The notes beneath the pieces were generated by a model. It saw nothing but the letters and a program-made list of their open reading frames with translations, searched no databases and had not been told where the DNA came from. From Chrysomallon squamiferum (taxonomy: Eukaryota; Animalia; Mollusca), in assembly GCA_012295275.1 (NCBI GenBank), contig CM022670.1, positions 34,596,001-34,660,000 of the forward strand: a DNA stretch of 64,000 nt, in the 5' to 3' direction. Positions within the stretch are counted from its first letter, which is position 1; each line of letters starts with the position of its first letter. The position numbers were made by a program, and so were the translations under genes. Shown here piece by piece: positions 39,688 to 52,015 of the stretch.

Positions 39688-40415
39688 TAAGGCATAACAG
39701 TTATTAATTACTGAGAATTAAAAAAGAATAAAAAATAGAAAAAAGTAAACAAACAACATATTATTATTTTTTTTTTTTAGTTTATAGTCATTTTATAAGA
39801 AAACTTCATCCCACCACTCGTTATAATAATCAAGAAAATCTTTTACTAATTATATATCCTGATTGGATTTATATTATAACTAACATCACTAAAATATAGT
39901 AATAGTTATATTGGACTTGACCTGACATTTATTATTATCAATTGAATTTTGTTAAAGTATTATTGAACCAAATAATTTAACAAAATTACTCTGCTGTTAA
40001 CTGTCAATAATGGGGTCTTTGTAAATCTCATAATAATTCATTTTCACTCCTAAATGCTATAAAAATAAAACTATTATCAAATGTTCATTGTTATATATTA
40101 TCTATTAATATGCACAAATGTATTCCAGCCTGTCTACAAAAATATATTTTGCACTTTTTTATCTTGACATGGGCATTCAGTGATCATGAACAGCTTTTCT
40201 CTGTGACAAAAGAGTTTCGTGCTGTGGATTAAAATACAAAATGCTATGCCAGATCACAAACAGAAGATAATCTCCAGGTTGTTATGACATAATCTAAATA
40301 AAGAAACACTTCTTGAGTGAAACAAAGAACATTTCAGCACACCTTATTTGTGTTTATTCCATTGTTTGATAAATTCTCCTCATCAATTTATATTTTCAGT
40401 CACTGTCCCCCTCTA

Positions 40416-40458
<43 letters not shown>

Positions 40459-42603
40459 CACACAAGCTGATTATAAAAGCATCAAAGAGTAACCTAATGT
40501 TTTATCCTGTTAATTATATAAAGCAAACATATAAACATGCACATGTGCACATATGAGCACACAAATACATATAAATACATAATATAATAACCTGTAATAG
40601 TCTTATAATAAAGATCAGTTTCATTGATCAATTGTCACATGTAGGTTAAACTTGTATTAAATAACTTTATAAAAGTATCAATATAAATCAGTGAGGTTTC
40701 CATGGCAACAGGAGATTTTATAGACATTTTCATTAGAATGTTCAGGAATTGTCTTTTGCTATTTTTCAACTTAATCTGCTAAAAACAGTATCAATTTAGT
40801 TGGCTAATTAGAACAATAACATGAAGAAAGGAAAATTAATCTATGATCTTTCAAGAAAAAATATTTTAACAATGTAGTCAATACATTTTAAATCTTTGTT
40901 ATAAAAAAGGTTATTGAACATATAGACAATAAAAGAGAAAATTAGCTCCCACAACATAATGTGCTATTATCATAATTATATTTTGATTAGCACAGGTCGT
41001 CTTTATACTTTTTATGTGTATTCCTGCACCCAGGAAATATATACCATATTCTTTAGTAAATGACAGTAAAGCTACAGGAACTAATATCATGGTATTATCA
41101 TTTCCTTAAACACTTTTTCCCATTTTCTTTTTTTCTTCTCTACTTTAGTTGTATTTTTTGCTGCAATCATTTATGATCCAAAGGAATATTTGAAATGAAA
41201 AATGATTTTCTTTATTGTCTGCAGGACAGAATATATATCTGAAATTACTATGGAAAAAGTAATACTTGTAGTATATTATTTGCTATTTTGACTACAATAA
41301 AATGCACCTTTTTTATTTGTTATTATGATCTTGTATAAAATAATTCCTTTAAGAAAGAAAGAAAGAAAAAGTACATTATTAACGAGTGCATTTTTTTTTC
41401 TAAGTTGAAAAAATAATTCACAGTATGTTTAATTGATTTTATAACATCTATTAAATGAATATTTAAACTAATGTATTTTTGTTTTCTTACCAAATTTTCC
41501 ATTTCAATTCTTCTTTGCTCTCTTTTTCTGTTCAGAGCTGAAGAGGTTAATCGCTGAGGAGGTGAAAACATAGTTGCATTACAATATCGTTCTTTTCGTT
41601 TTGGAGAAACGTTTTTCATAAGTTGATTTAACAGTCTTTGGTTTTCCCTGTCAATTACAGTTGCCCTGTCATTGCTAAATGTGTAGTTCTGTCTATCTGG
41701 ATTTTTTGGTGGTGCAAACATAACTCTCCGATTGCTTGTCATTACTTGTTTTTCTTTCTCATGATCACAAAGTGCTTTCATCAATATACTAAGATCCATA
41801 TCTTCGCTCCTGTTCATATCTCTCTGCAAGCATTCCTCTCCATCATTAAGAGGCAGCTGCTTGTATTGCACATTTACATGTAATGTACTTTTTGATGGAC
41901 TGTTTCTAGGTGAAGTTAAAGGTGATACATCAGTTATGTCACTATCAGATGAGGATCCTGAACGAGAAGATGCATCACTGTATTCAGAATACTGTGCCTT
42001 TTTGCTGGACTCTGCTTTTTCTTTATCACTGGAAAATTGGCTTTTTGAAGGAGTGTATTCCCAAGCTTGTTTCTGCACTGGTTTTCGTGATTTATGATGT
42101 GCTGTACTTGGTCTTTGAGGCACTGTGTACCTTGGGCTGTGCTGTTCCTCTTTACTGGTTGATGGTCTTCGTGGTGGGCTACTTTCACGAGAGCTACTTG
42201 AATGACTTGAATTTTCACTCTCTGATCTAGATTCTCGAGAAGAACTTCTGGATCTCGAAAGAGAAGCTGAAGATGATGACCGACTTCGAGGTGTTTTTCT
42301 TTTTTCTGAACTTACTGAAGAAACATCACTGAACGTGTCAGAATAATCTTTTGAATTATCTGATTCACTTAACGATTCCGAAAATGAATGGACTTTGGGT
42401 AAAGATATAAGTTTCTTAGAGTCATAAGTGGGCGAATCAGGAGAAACTAATTTGCTTACAAACTGTCGATTTTGTGTTTCATTGCTAAATGACACTGTTG
42501 GTTTAGAAATTATTGGATTAGACGATTGTGCCTCTGTCGAATTACCTTTCCCTGGCGAATCAAAAAAGTCAAAATCAACATCACCTGACAAATCGTCTTC
42601 CAT
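38603..42603 (-). CDS. CFAP97: Cilia- and flagella-associated protein 97 (KIAA1430/hemingway family), 466 aa
   Basis: Exons 42603-41491 and 38890-38603 joined in phase 0. N-terminal DVDFDFFD, Ser-rich middle, conserved domain NYTFSNDRATVIDRENQRLL...SSALNRKREQRRIEMENL|ALLRRLQKVTPTKGMSR. Confidence 0.9.
38959..39014. repeat. (TG)n microsatellite
   Basis: Direct reading. Confidence 0.95.
39639..39687. repeat. Interrupted (TG)n microsatellite
   Basis: Direct reading. Confidence 0.9.
40419..40453. repeat. (CA)n microsatellite
   Basis: Direct reading; it explains the HTHTHT ORF 40317..40556. Confidence 0.95.
40696..40709. promoter_or_regulatory. Consensus RFX X-box in the CFAP97 intron
   Basis: GTTTCCATGGCAAC is an exact match to GTTNCCATGGNAAC, inside a ciliary gene. 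Confidence 0.6.
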
Positions 42604-43070
42604 ATTTAAAAAGAAATTTCTTTACCAGAGTGACATATTAAACAGTTCGATTTCTAGCGACACTCGTCTTGTCAACCTCCGGTGTTTTGTAGCAACTACT
42701 ACGTCACAGTATGTACTAATAGGAATTCTATTATTATAGTTGCACAAAAATGTATTGTCTATTCAGAAATATTTATAAATATACCTGTCTAAAACAAATA
42801 ATAGAAAGTATTTCAAATCAGTTAAGTAAGTCACAATGTTTATAAAATGTATACTTAATAATTAATCCTTAAATAATTTTATAAATGACAATTAACGTTC
42901 AACTTATAGTATATAATGAATTCTCGTGATAAACGAGCTAAAACGAGAACAGGTGCCCCATTTTCTATTTATAGAATCATATCCGGTTAAGAGTAGTCGT
43001 CTGCTGGAGGTTTAGAAAGCGGCAAATTTAACTTCGAAAAACAACAGTACTTCGTATCTAATTTCTGACG
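42604..43070. promoter_or_regulatory. Bidirectional promoter for CFAP97 and the HMG-box gene, including the latter's non-coding first exon (donor ACG|GTAAAT at 43070/43071)
   Basis: CpG-retaining; X-box-like TTTCTAGCGAC (42651) and GTTTTGTAGCAAC (42684) just upstream of the CFAP97 ATG; the donor pairs with the acceptor at 43601/43602. Confidence 0.55.
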
Positions 43071-43629
43071 GTAAATTAATCAATAATTATTTTAGAACAT
43101 GTATTAGGCAGTAATATTTTGTTTTCATTTTATTTTATCTGTTATGTCTGATTTTTATGAATCATTTAATTGTGAATTTTGTATACATCTACAAAATTAA
43201 AAACCTACAAAGAAAAGTTGCAAATTGACATCAAATATTGAAATACTTAAAATTCCTAACATACTGCGGTAGAATAATAATGAATAAATGAATGAATAAA
43301 TAAATAAACAAATAAATAAATAAAAGGATAAAAATAATAAATTTGTTTTACCAATTTTTAACGCACCTTTTATAAACATTAAGCATTGTATAGAAAATGT
43401 ATATGGAACCAGTTTTTAGCAATAATGCATGTTAGATATGAAGTTTTCAAGGAAATGCCTTGTTAGTGGAATAATTGTGGCAAAAAAAGTGATACGAAAA
43501 AGGCTTACAATTGTTGAAGACAGTTTTGTCTGGAAACAGGTATTTAATAATGGTAATTTTATATATATATATATATATTTTTTTTTTCAAACTAATTTTA
43601 GATTCCCAGATTTATTAGAAGAAACTGTT

Positions 43630-46600
43630 ATGGCAAGAAGACAAACACAATCTTATAATTCATCAGATAAAAAACAGTCAACACCTTTTTATCCTCAAAG
43701 AGTTGTAAGCTTTCAACTTTTTCATCAGAAACAAAAATCACGATTTAGATTACTGTATCCTTTTTTGACAGCTGAACAAATTAATCTTAAAATTAAAGAA
43801 AAATGGAAACATTTGGATGACAGTCAGAAACAAGATTATACAAAGGCTGTATTGTATACCACACCAGTGAAAAAATCCTTTTCAAAGTCAACCTCTTCAA
43901 AGTCTAAATATTCAGTTTGCAATAAGAAAGCTTTATTTTCAGAATATTCTGAAAAATCAGCTTTGATAACATCACCAAAATCTGTCATTTCCAGTCAAGA
44001 GAAAGTAGAGGATTGGCTAAATGACCCAAAGCAGAGTATTCATCAAAACAATAAGAAATATGATGGAATGCAGTATGCTGTTAATTATGGAATTCCTGAT
44101 GTCATTAATAATGACACATCTGAAAACTAACAGGAATTTTAAAAAATAAAGGGTATGATTCTTACTTTTAAGAAACTTTTTTTTTCTAATTGGTAGAATT
44201 AAATGAGAAATAGAATACAGTTCAGAAGATATCTATTATGAAATGGATTAGTATTTATAAACATTTTATGGTCAATGAAAGTTAATGATGATGTTTTAAC
44301 ATGCCTTTTTATTTTCAGACATTCGAGTGAAACAAAATTTAGACCCAAAAATGAATCTAAAGTAAGCTTTTCATCAAGGAGAAGTTTAACCTATTCAGAT
44401 TTAGATGAAAATAAGAGAATACTGACAGTTAAAAGTATGCAAAATGGACAGAGTATAAAAAGACAAAGTAAAACACTAATCAAAGAGAATGATGTATTTG
44501 ACATTGATGAAATTGGCAAACAGGAATTACATATCGGAGATGAGAAAACTCCAGAATTGGAAGATGCATTTCACAGTAAAATGTTTGACAAAAGGACACT
44601 TCAGAACAAAAAGAGAATGAAAAAATATTTTAATTTTAAAAAAGATGATGTTAAAAAAAACTCAGACATTAAGAGAGAAATTACAATAACAGAAGAAAAC
44701 AAAAAAAGAAAGTCCCAAATAACAAATAATAGACTATTACAATATCCTCAAAAATTTAAATCAGAAGAATCCATAAAAGAAAATACTGAAACTGTAGGTT
44801 CTACAATATTAGACAAACAGTTTCCATCACAGAAAGATAATCAAGATGTAAGACAAATTATAAAGCATAAACAAAATACTGAAAATCCTTCACAGAAGCA
44901 GAAACTTTCTCCTAGACCCAGAAAGATGCCTGACATACTTGAAAATAGCAACAATTCTCAATATGATACTAATTCAGTAGATAGTTCTAGCTTTTATAGA
45001 AGTGGAAAAGGATTGCTTATTGGACCACTTAGATATGATAACGAAGACTGCATGTCTGTAGAATTATCTTCTAATTCTGATAACAATGGATATTGTTCTA
45101 ATAAAAACCCAAAGTTAACAGTAGGTCCTTTAGCTTCAGATAAGCAGTCATTCCAAAACATGAAAGGATCCTCACCCAATAAAGAAAAATCCATTTCAGT
45201 TGATGAAGTGTTTTCAAGGGAAACTAAAACCTATGCTCAGAGTCACAAAAAACAATCTGGTAATCCTCAAAAGCTACTGACTTCAAAAACTGTCTCCAGC
45301 ACTGCTGGAAAATTAATGACAACTGAAAAAGCAAAGTTTGAAAACAGAAGTCCATTAGACTCTGTACAAATTGTGCAAGAGATAAACGGATCCAAGAAAA
45401 GAACAAAAGGTACTCTGGATAAAGATAATGTGCATAAATCAAAAGCTATGAAGTCTTCAAGAAGAAATGTTACAGAGGTGACACCATTTGCTAAATCTCC
45501 CCAGAGCCATTTTGGATCAGAGGAGTCTTCTCTAAGTTCAGTACCATGGGAAATTGATGTTCATGATGTAAATCATTTTGAAGACCAGTCTAAGACCAAC
45601 TCTTCTCATAGTCCTGAAATAGTTCAGTCAAGGAGTGCCCTATCTGATGTGCTTTCAAGAATGAAAGATATTACCTCTCCAGAACAAATACTGACAGAAC
45701 ATTCACCCAAACTTTTATCACCTTCCCTTTCTGGAATATCTCAGGTTTGAATTATACAATTATCAGTTATAATTAGCATCAATTTTTATTACATACTTAT
45801 TTATTAATATTACTTTTATCTGATTTTTTCAATACCCATGTATGCACCATTGCTCAATTTTCTCTATTTTCCTTTGTTTTTCCAAAATGTTAAGATGAAA
45901 TGAAAAGTAGTAACATTGTTCTAAAATTTATAATTAAAATTCAGTTGTAAGTTTAAAGAAAACAAAATACATTTTTCTTTTTTAATTTGCTATTAATCTC
46001 TAGTTCATCATAGCTAATATTTCAAACTTTCAGCTTTCCAGTTTTACTTCAGACAACAGTGAAAAACTACAGATGCATGAAAATAATTCAAGTTTGAGAA
46101 ATACTAAACTAAAAGATATTACACAAGTAAGTTAATCTTTTGAAAAAAAGCAAACACACTGAAAACTAATCTTGTTTTTATTTTTTCATATAATTTTTTG
46201 TTTTTTTATATTGGATTTATATATATATATATATATATATACCAGAAAAATAAAACAATACAGTTGATAGTGCTAAACTATTTTCATTCTGTAAGTGTTA
46301 CTTAATTAAATTGATAATTACTTTCAGCTTCCTAATATATCAGGAAAGACATCACATATTATGAAGAAAAAACAAGCAAAACAAAAGAAAGCAAATAACA
46401 ATAGTTTAAGGCGTTTTAAATCACAAAATGAAGAGCCAACACCAAAACACAGCACCATTTCAAAGGTACAATACTGTATAAATATGTGGCCATATAATTT
46501 CAGTTAACATTAGTGTAACTACAACAAAAAATAGTTTGTTTTAAAAACATTCATATCATAATTAAAAGTAAATGCATAAACATTTTGAAATCTCGTTTGA

Positions 46601-47152
46601 ACTATCTGAAAGAAAAAACCCCCAAAATTATGCTCATTGTAGCTAGTTTCAAATATCTTTCAATTCTTTCAGAAAACTAAACTTTTATTTTGAAACCTCT
46701 TCTTTTTCATGTTTTATTTAAATAATATATTGTAATGTAATAAACATGGTAAATATTTTTCTTAGTGATATGTACCTTATAATTGATGACTAATTTTTAT
46801 TAGACACTTAAGATGAACTCCAAACAAGATAATTTGTTGTGGGACATGTTTGAAGATATATTACCACCAAAAAAGAAAATGAACAAGTCTAAAAGACCAA
46901 GGTATTTGCTGATAATTTTTACTTTCAGTTTTTAACATTATGATACATCAATCAATTTTTCTGCCCTTCATTAGTAGAAAATAATTTTCTTTAGCTTGTG
47001 GAATAGTTTTAGATTATTATCAGAAGGTTAATTAATAATTTCTATGTCTATTTATTGTTTCCATTTTTCTTTTCAGACTGGTGGCTGATAACAGTGAAGC
47101 TAATATTCCAACTTTTGCAAATATGTTTGATGAAAATGATATCTTTATGTAA
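43630..47152 (+). CDS. Uncharacterised protein with one N-terminal HMG-box-like domain and a long disordered K/S/N-rich tail (~760-785 aa)
   Basis: ATG at 43630; exons 43630-44072 or -44152 (see findings), 44319-45744, 46034-46126, 46328-46465, 46804-46901, 47077-47152, phase-compatible and ending FANMFDENDIFM*. HMG pattern PQRVVSFQLFHQKQKSRFRLLYPFLTAEQINLKIKEKWKHLDDSQKQDY. Family not recognised. Confidence 0.75.
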
Positions 47153-47996
47153 TGATGTCAATCATGAAATCTTCTCAAAATCTGATAAAACATCATTAAT
47201 TTTACAGTATATCAAATCTTAATTTTATGGACCATTTTATGACTCAGAATTTATGAAAATGATTTGGTTTCAAACAAAAGTGGTTTTGATCATCCATTTT
47301 CTTCTGTAAGAGAAAAATAGATTTATGGAAGTAATTAATGATTTCCTGTTGAAAGTTTATGTATGTACACACATATATTTAAACATAAATATATAAGTTC
47401 AGGATTTGTGTATCTAATGAATTTTATAATCAACAAACAACAGCAAAATTGAAATTTTAAAATAATTTATTTGAAGTTACATTTTAATATTTAATTAAAA
47501 AAAAAAAAAAATTAAAATATACATATATACATGTCAGATCTTCTGACAAACTGATTACATTCACTTGTTAGATTTGAAAATATTATTCAGACTGTCATGA
47601 ATATTGTTTAACAGTTAATAAATTATTTATTACTTTCATTACTGAAATAATTAAATTCTAGTAAATGTTTTTTCTTCAGTTCTTTTTTTATGTAGCATAA
47701 TATTAAAATTTGTATTTGATCTTTATTATAATTAAACACCATCTGAACCTGCAATGGAATGATCTATGCATCCAACTGATTTTCATGGTAACACTGGTGA
47801 ACATCCTTCGTTCTTGAAAACATTTCTGAATTCTTTAATATGCCTTGACTTTCTACATTGATGCAGCAGAACTATTTTAATTTTACAAATCATTTTGTAA
47901 TAATGTTACTCCAATCAACTCACACTTCCAGGCAAAAACCTTTTCATTCACATGTCCTCTAGAAAGTTCATTAAAAATTATTTTTCATTATAGCTT

Positions 47997-50900
47997 TCAT
48001 TTTTTTGATGTTCCAAATCCTGAAAATCCCATTACTGCTGCCATATCAGAGTCCATATCAGGATCTGTATCAGTATTGGCTTTCCTTTTCCTTTTTTCAC
48101 GTCTGTAGGCTTTCTGTTTTTCTTCCTGTTTAAAGAAATGACATTACTTTATGAATATCCTACAGTTTTTGTTTTCATATGCCTTATAAGTTAAATTCAA
48201 AGATGCTGATAAGAATTTCAAAAAATTTAAACCTCCTTTAAAAAAAGATATTTATATTATGTATGTTTCATCAGTGAAACAAAATTTTTCCTCAAAATTA
48301 TTTAGAAATAAATAAAACTAAGTTGGTGCAAAATTGTTTTTAATTACAAATGAAAAAAAAAAAAAGAACTGGTCATCCAAAAATCATTTCAATTTTGTAA
48401 TTTCTATAATGCATTTAAAAAATAAACAATAGTAGATATTTACCTCTTCCTTTAATTCTTTCATTCTTTCCTCAAAGTCATATTCCTTTTTCTTTTCTTC
48501 TTTTTTCTTTTTGTTCATTTCAAATCGTGCTCTCACTTGTTCTAAAGAAGATCGTTCTATCTTCATGGACATTCCCAGATTCCTTTGATCTAAAAAAAAA
48601 AAAACAATGTAAGTTAATTTAAAATTTATATGCAGTTATCAAATTTATTGTTTTCTTCCACTTTTGGGGGTTTTTTTTGGTCTGTTTTCATTTCAATTTT
48701 TAATTTTATTTTAAATTACTAACTAGTTAATTCCTTCCATAAATTAATATTATATAAAAATAAATATCTGCAAATATTCAATATATAAATCTGGAACTAA
48801 CTGAATTGTTTTAATCAAACCAGTGAAACATATTTAATTTTGTAATATTTTATTACTACTTATGCTCATAAGGACTAAATTTACATGAAAGTTTTACATT
48901 TAAGGTAATAGAAATACTTACGCTTTTTTCCATTGATATGATCAAGAAAATTGATGGAATCTTTCACAACACAATCACATACATTGCAGTAATAACTGAA
49001 ACAAAAATGACAGAATTATGTAGTGTCCAAAAACTATTAAAGATATTTGTCTATCTAATAAGACTGATATTAAAAAAAAATTAAATTAAAATATATATAT
49101 AAAAAATAGCTATTACTATGCCCAGATACTTTTTTTTTTCTTTCTAACACAGTACTTTGTTAAGTTCTAAGATCAATATTACAATTCAAATCAAAACATC
49201 TAATTTAATTTAAGGAGGTAACTTTAGTAAGAAGTAAATTAATGCAAATCATTAAGATGTAAACAAAACTTCCAGTACACAGATAACAAACTAAAAACTG
49301 TTTAACAATAATAAAACAAATTGATTAAAAAAAATGACACACCCTCCTTGCTGTGATGCTGGGGTAGTTTTAGTAATTACTGAAGATTTTCCCAATTTAG
49401 AATCAAGATCCACCTAAAATAAAGCAAATAAAATACATGTAGCAGTAATTCTAAATTCTAGTTATTATTGTCAGGGTTCAAGCTAGGCTAGAAAAATAGG
49501 GAGAAATGACTCCACTCTATGGCTACGTTAGGGAGGAAGAAGTAACTTTAGGAGAAGTGAGGCTTTGTGAAGCTGAAAGGAGGCAGTAAGACATAACCAA
49601 GCCATTGTTAAGAACATAAAATTAAAAATCTGTGTATATGCATGGATATTTTGTTTCGAATAAAACAGCACTTGACTATGGTTTTATGCAGAATCAGTGG
49701 TAAAATTATACAACAAACATGTTTATGATTACATGCAGCCTACTACCTTGAGTCTCAGACCTCACTTCTGTCAGTATGTAAATTGTAATCTTTACTGTAC
49801 ATGTAATTATGTCCAGTCATTTATCATGTCCATCTCAATTAATTTACTTTTATACAAGTTTAAAAGAACTGTGTTTATTGCTAACCTCTAATCACAACAG
49901 TAAAACAATGCTATTCATACAGTTGATCATCTAGTGATGGGCAGCCATCTCTATGGCACTTGTTCAGAGACCCAAAATCTATATTAATTAATTGAATGGT
50001 GTTAAAATAAAATTGTGTTTATTGTCATTAAAAATTTCTAATGAGGCTCAGAGAAGCAAAACAGAAAGAAAGAAAAAAAAAGAATTTCACCTTGGGTTAA
50101 AAGTAAGGTGAAGTTTAGTACAAAAGGCTGATTATTAATATTATGCTCACATCATCATTTCACATGAACCCTGACAAAATATTTTTTTCTCTTTTTTGTT
50201 TCTTTACTTAGTACATGTCTTTCTTCTGTCACCAACAATAACAACATTCTTCTCTAATAAACTATAACTATACCATTAAAAAAATATATTTTCCACTGCT
50301 CCAATAATTTGTAATTTGTTCACTGGTTTTAATTTTGTTTGAAAGATACAAATACAAATTTTAAAATGTTAAATAATTTTATCATTTTCCATTATTTGCT
50401 GTTGAGGAACATTCAGTTTGTCATTAAACTTGTATGAATAGATTAAAATTCTAAATATGGGATGAAATATGTATGTTTTTATATTTACTTTATATTCTCT
50501 TGGCTTGAGCAATTCACGCTTAACTGGCCTTTCTTTTTCATCTTCATCAAACAGTGACTCAGCAGCCAACCTTTCTCTTGCAATTTTTTCATATTCATCA
50601 CGATCCCATTTACGACGATGATCAGAAACTGTTTTCTGCAAATAAAACAAACAAACTTTATGTGAAAACAAAGAAAATATGTCAAGGTACAAAAATAAAA
50701 AAAAAAAAAAAAAATGCTTTTTTAGGTCATTGTTATTGAACACAACTGATGGTGAAATCACCAATCATTACTGTTAAAACATATTAAATTTCTAGCTGAA
50801 TCCAAACAAATAATTTGATACCTCAGTTAGTTAATTTTATTAATAAATACTATTACAAGTTAAACATTCTTTATCACATTTTAAAAATATTATCTTTTTT

Positions 50901-51690
50901 CTAATCAGGCTTAGAGATTTAAAGAAGAAAAAAATAAAAATAAAAAAAATAAAAAAAGTACAAATAACAGTTCATGCCATGCTGTTAAAATGCTGCTAGT
51001 GTTAGTTGTAAAAAAAACCACATTTACCAGGCTTCCAGTACATAGCGTATGCTGATATTATACTTATAGTTACTTTAAAAATATTTGTAAATTGCAACCA
51101 TTACGCTAATACATTTTGATTACGGATTCTGTTAACAAGTATTGAAGTAATTATTTGAATGAACGAGCGTTAAAGGTTTATAAAACATAACCACAGAAAT
51201 GTGTTTACTATTTAAATACCATTTGCGGCATTATGACGATTATCAGTTTATGCCATCAGGTTTTTGTATTCTATAATAAAGTATAATTATAATTTTGTGC
51301 GTGCGTTCGTGCGTGTGTGTAAAATGTCTTGTTGGATTAAAACATCATGCATGTAACTAGTAGTTTAGCCTTCTTTGTTTATGTATTTATAATGCACTAA
51401 TAATGGATAGATGCGTCCATATCTATAGTTAAATTTCACAGAATGATAGACCATCTTACGGAAATAGGAATGTTACGATAAATGATAATTATCTATTATA
51501 ATAATTTACTAAATAATTTCTTTTAACAAACTAGTGTCTTGAGGTCTCTAATAAAGTATGTCTATAGATGTTATTTTAATATATTATAATGTTGTCAGTT
51601 GTAAAAATAGCATAGTAACACAATTACAACAGGTTCCGAAACAAATCGGTCGCAATAATACTCTCAAATAAATACCTCGTAGGTCGCCAT
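47997..51690 (-). CDS. ZMAT2: Zinc finger matrin-type protein 2 (Snu23 homologue), 193 aa
   Basis: Exons 51690-51676 (MATYE), 50635-50489, 49413-49343, 48995-48922, 48589-48444, 48125-47997 (582 nt). Motifs [78 protein letters not shown]. Confidence 0.97.
49472..50173. mobile_element. Non-autonomous TIR element (hAT-like CAGGG termini), ~700 bp, in a ZMAT2 intron
   Basis: Perfect 13-bp inverted repeat TTGTCAGGGTTCA (49468-49480) / TGAACCCTGACAA (50165-50177); the interior is GC-richer than flanking intron; no clear direct TSD and no transposase ORF. Confidence 0.5.
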
Positions 51691-51979
51691 TTTGATAAAT
51701 ACGGCTATTAGCAATACTTTATAATGTTATCTCGCTTTTTGATCAGAGTCTTTTATTTCGTAATCATGATTTTATGTAATTTCATACTAAAATTTTATTT
51801 AAAAATGATTTTTTTTTTTTTATCATATTATCTCTAGAAATAAAATCAAAATGTTTAAATAAGTATATTTTGTTTTTGTTTATTGTTATTTTACATTTAT
51901 TATCCATTAAGATAAATTACCAAAAATCTCAGTAAACAAAAACAAATATAATCGGGAAGCCCATTTTTAAAACATAAAA

Positions 51980-52015
<36 letters not shown>

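Noticed and set aside
41638-42739. Several plus-strand ORFs overlapping CFAP97
   Set aside because: Antisense or alternative-frame shadows of a Ser-rich coding exon.
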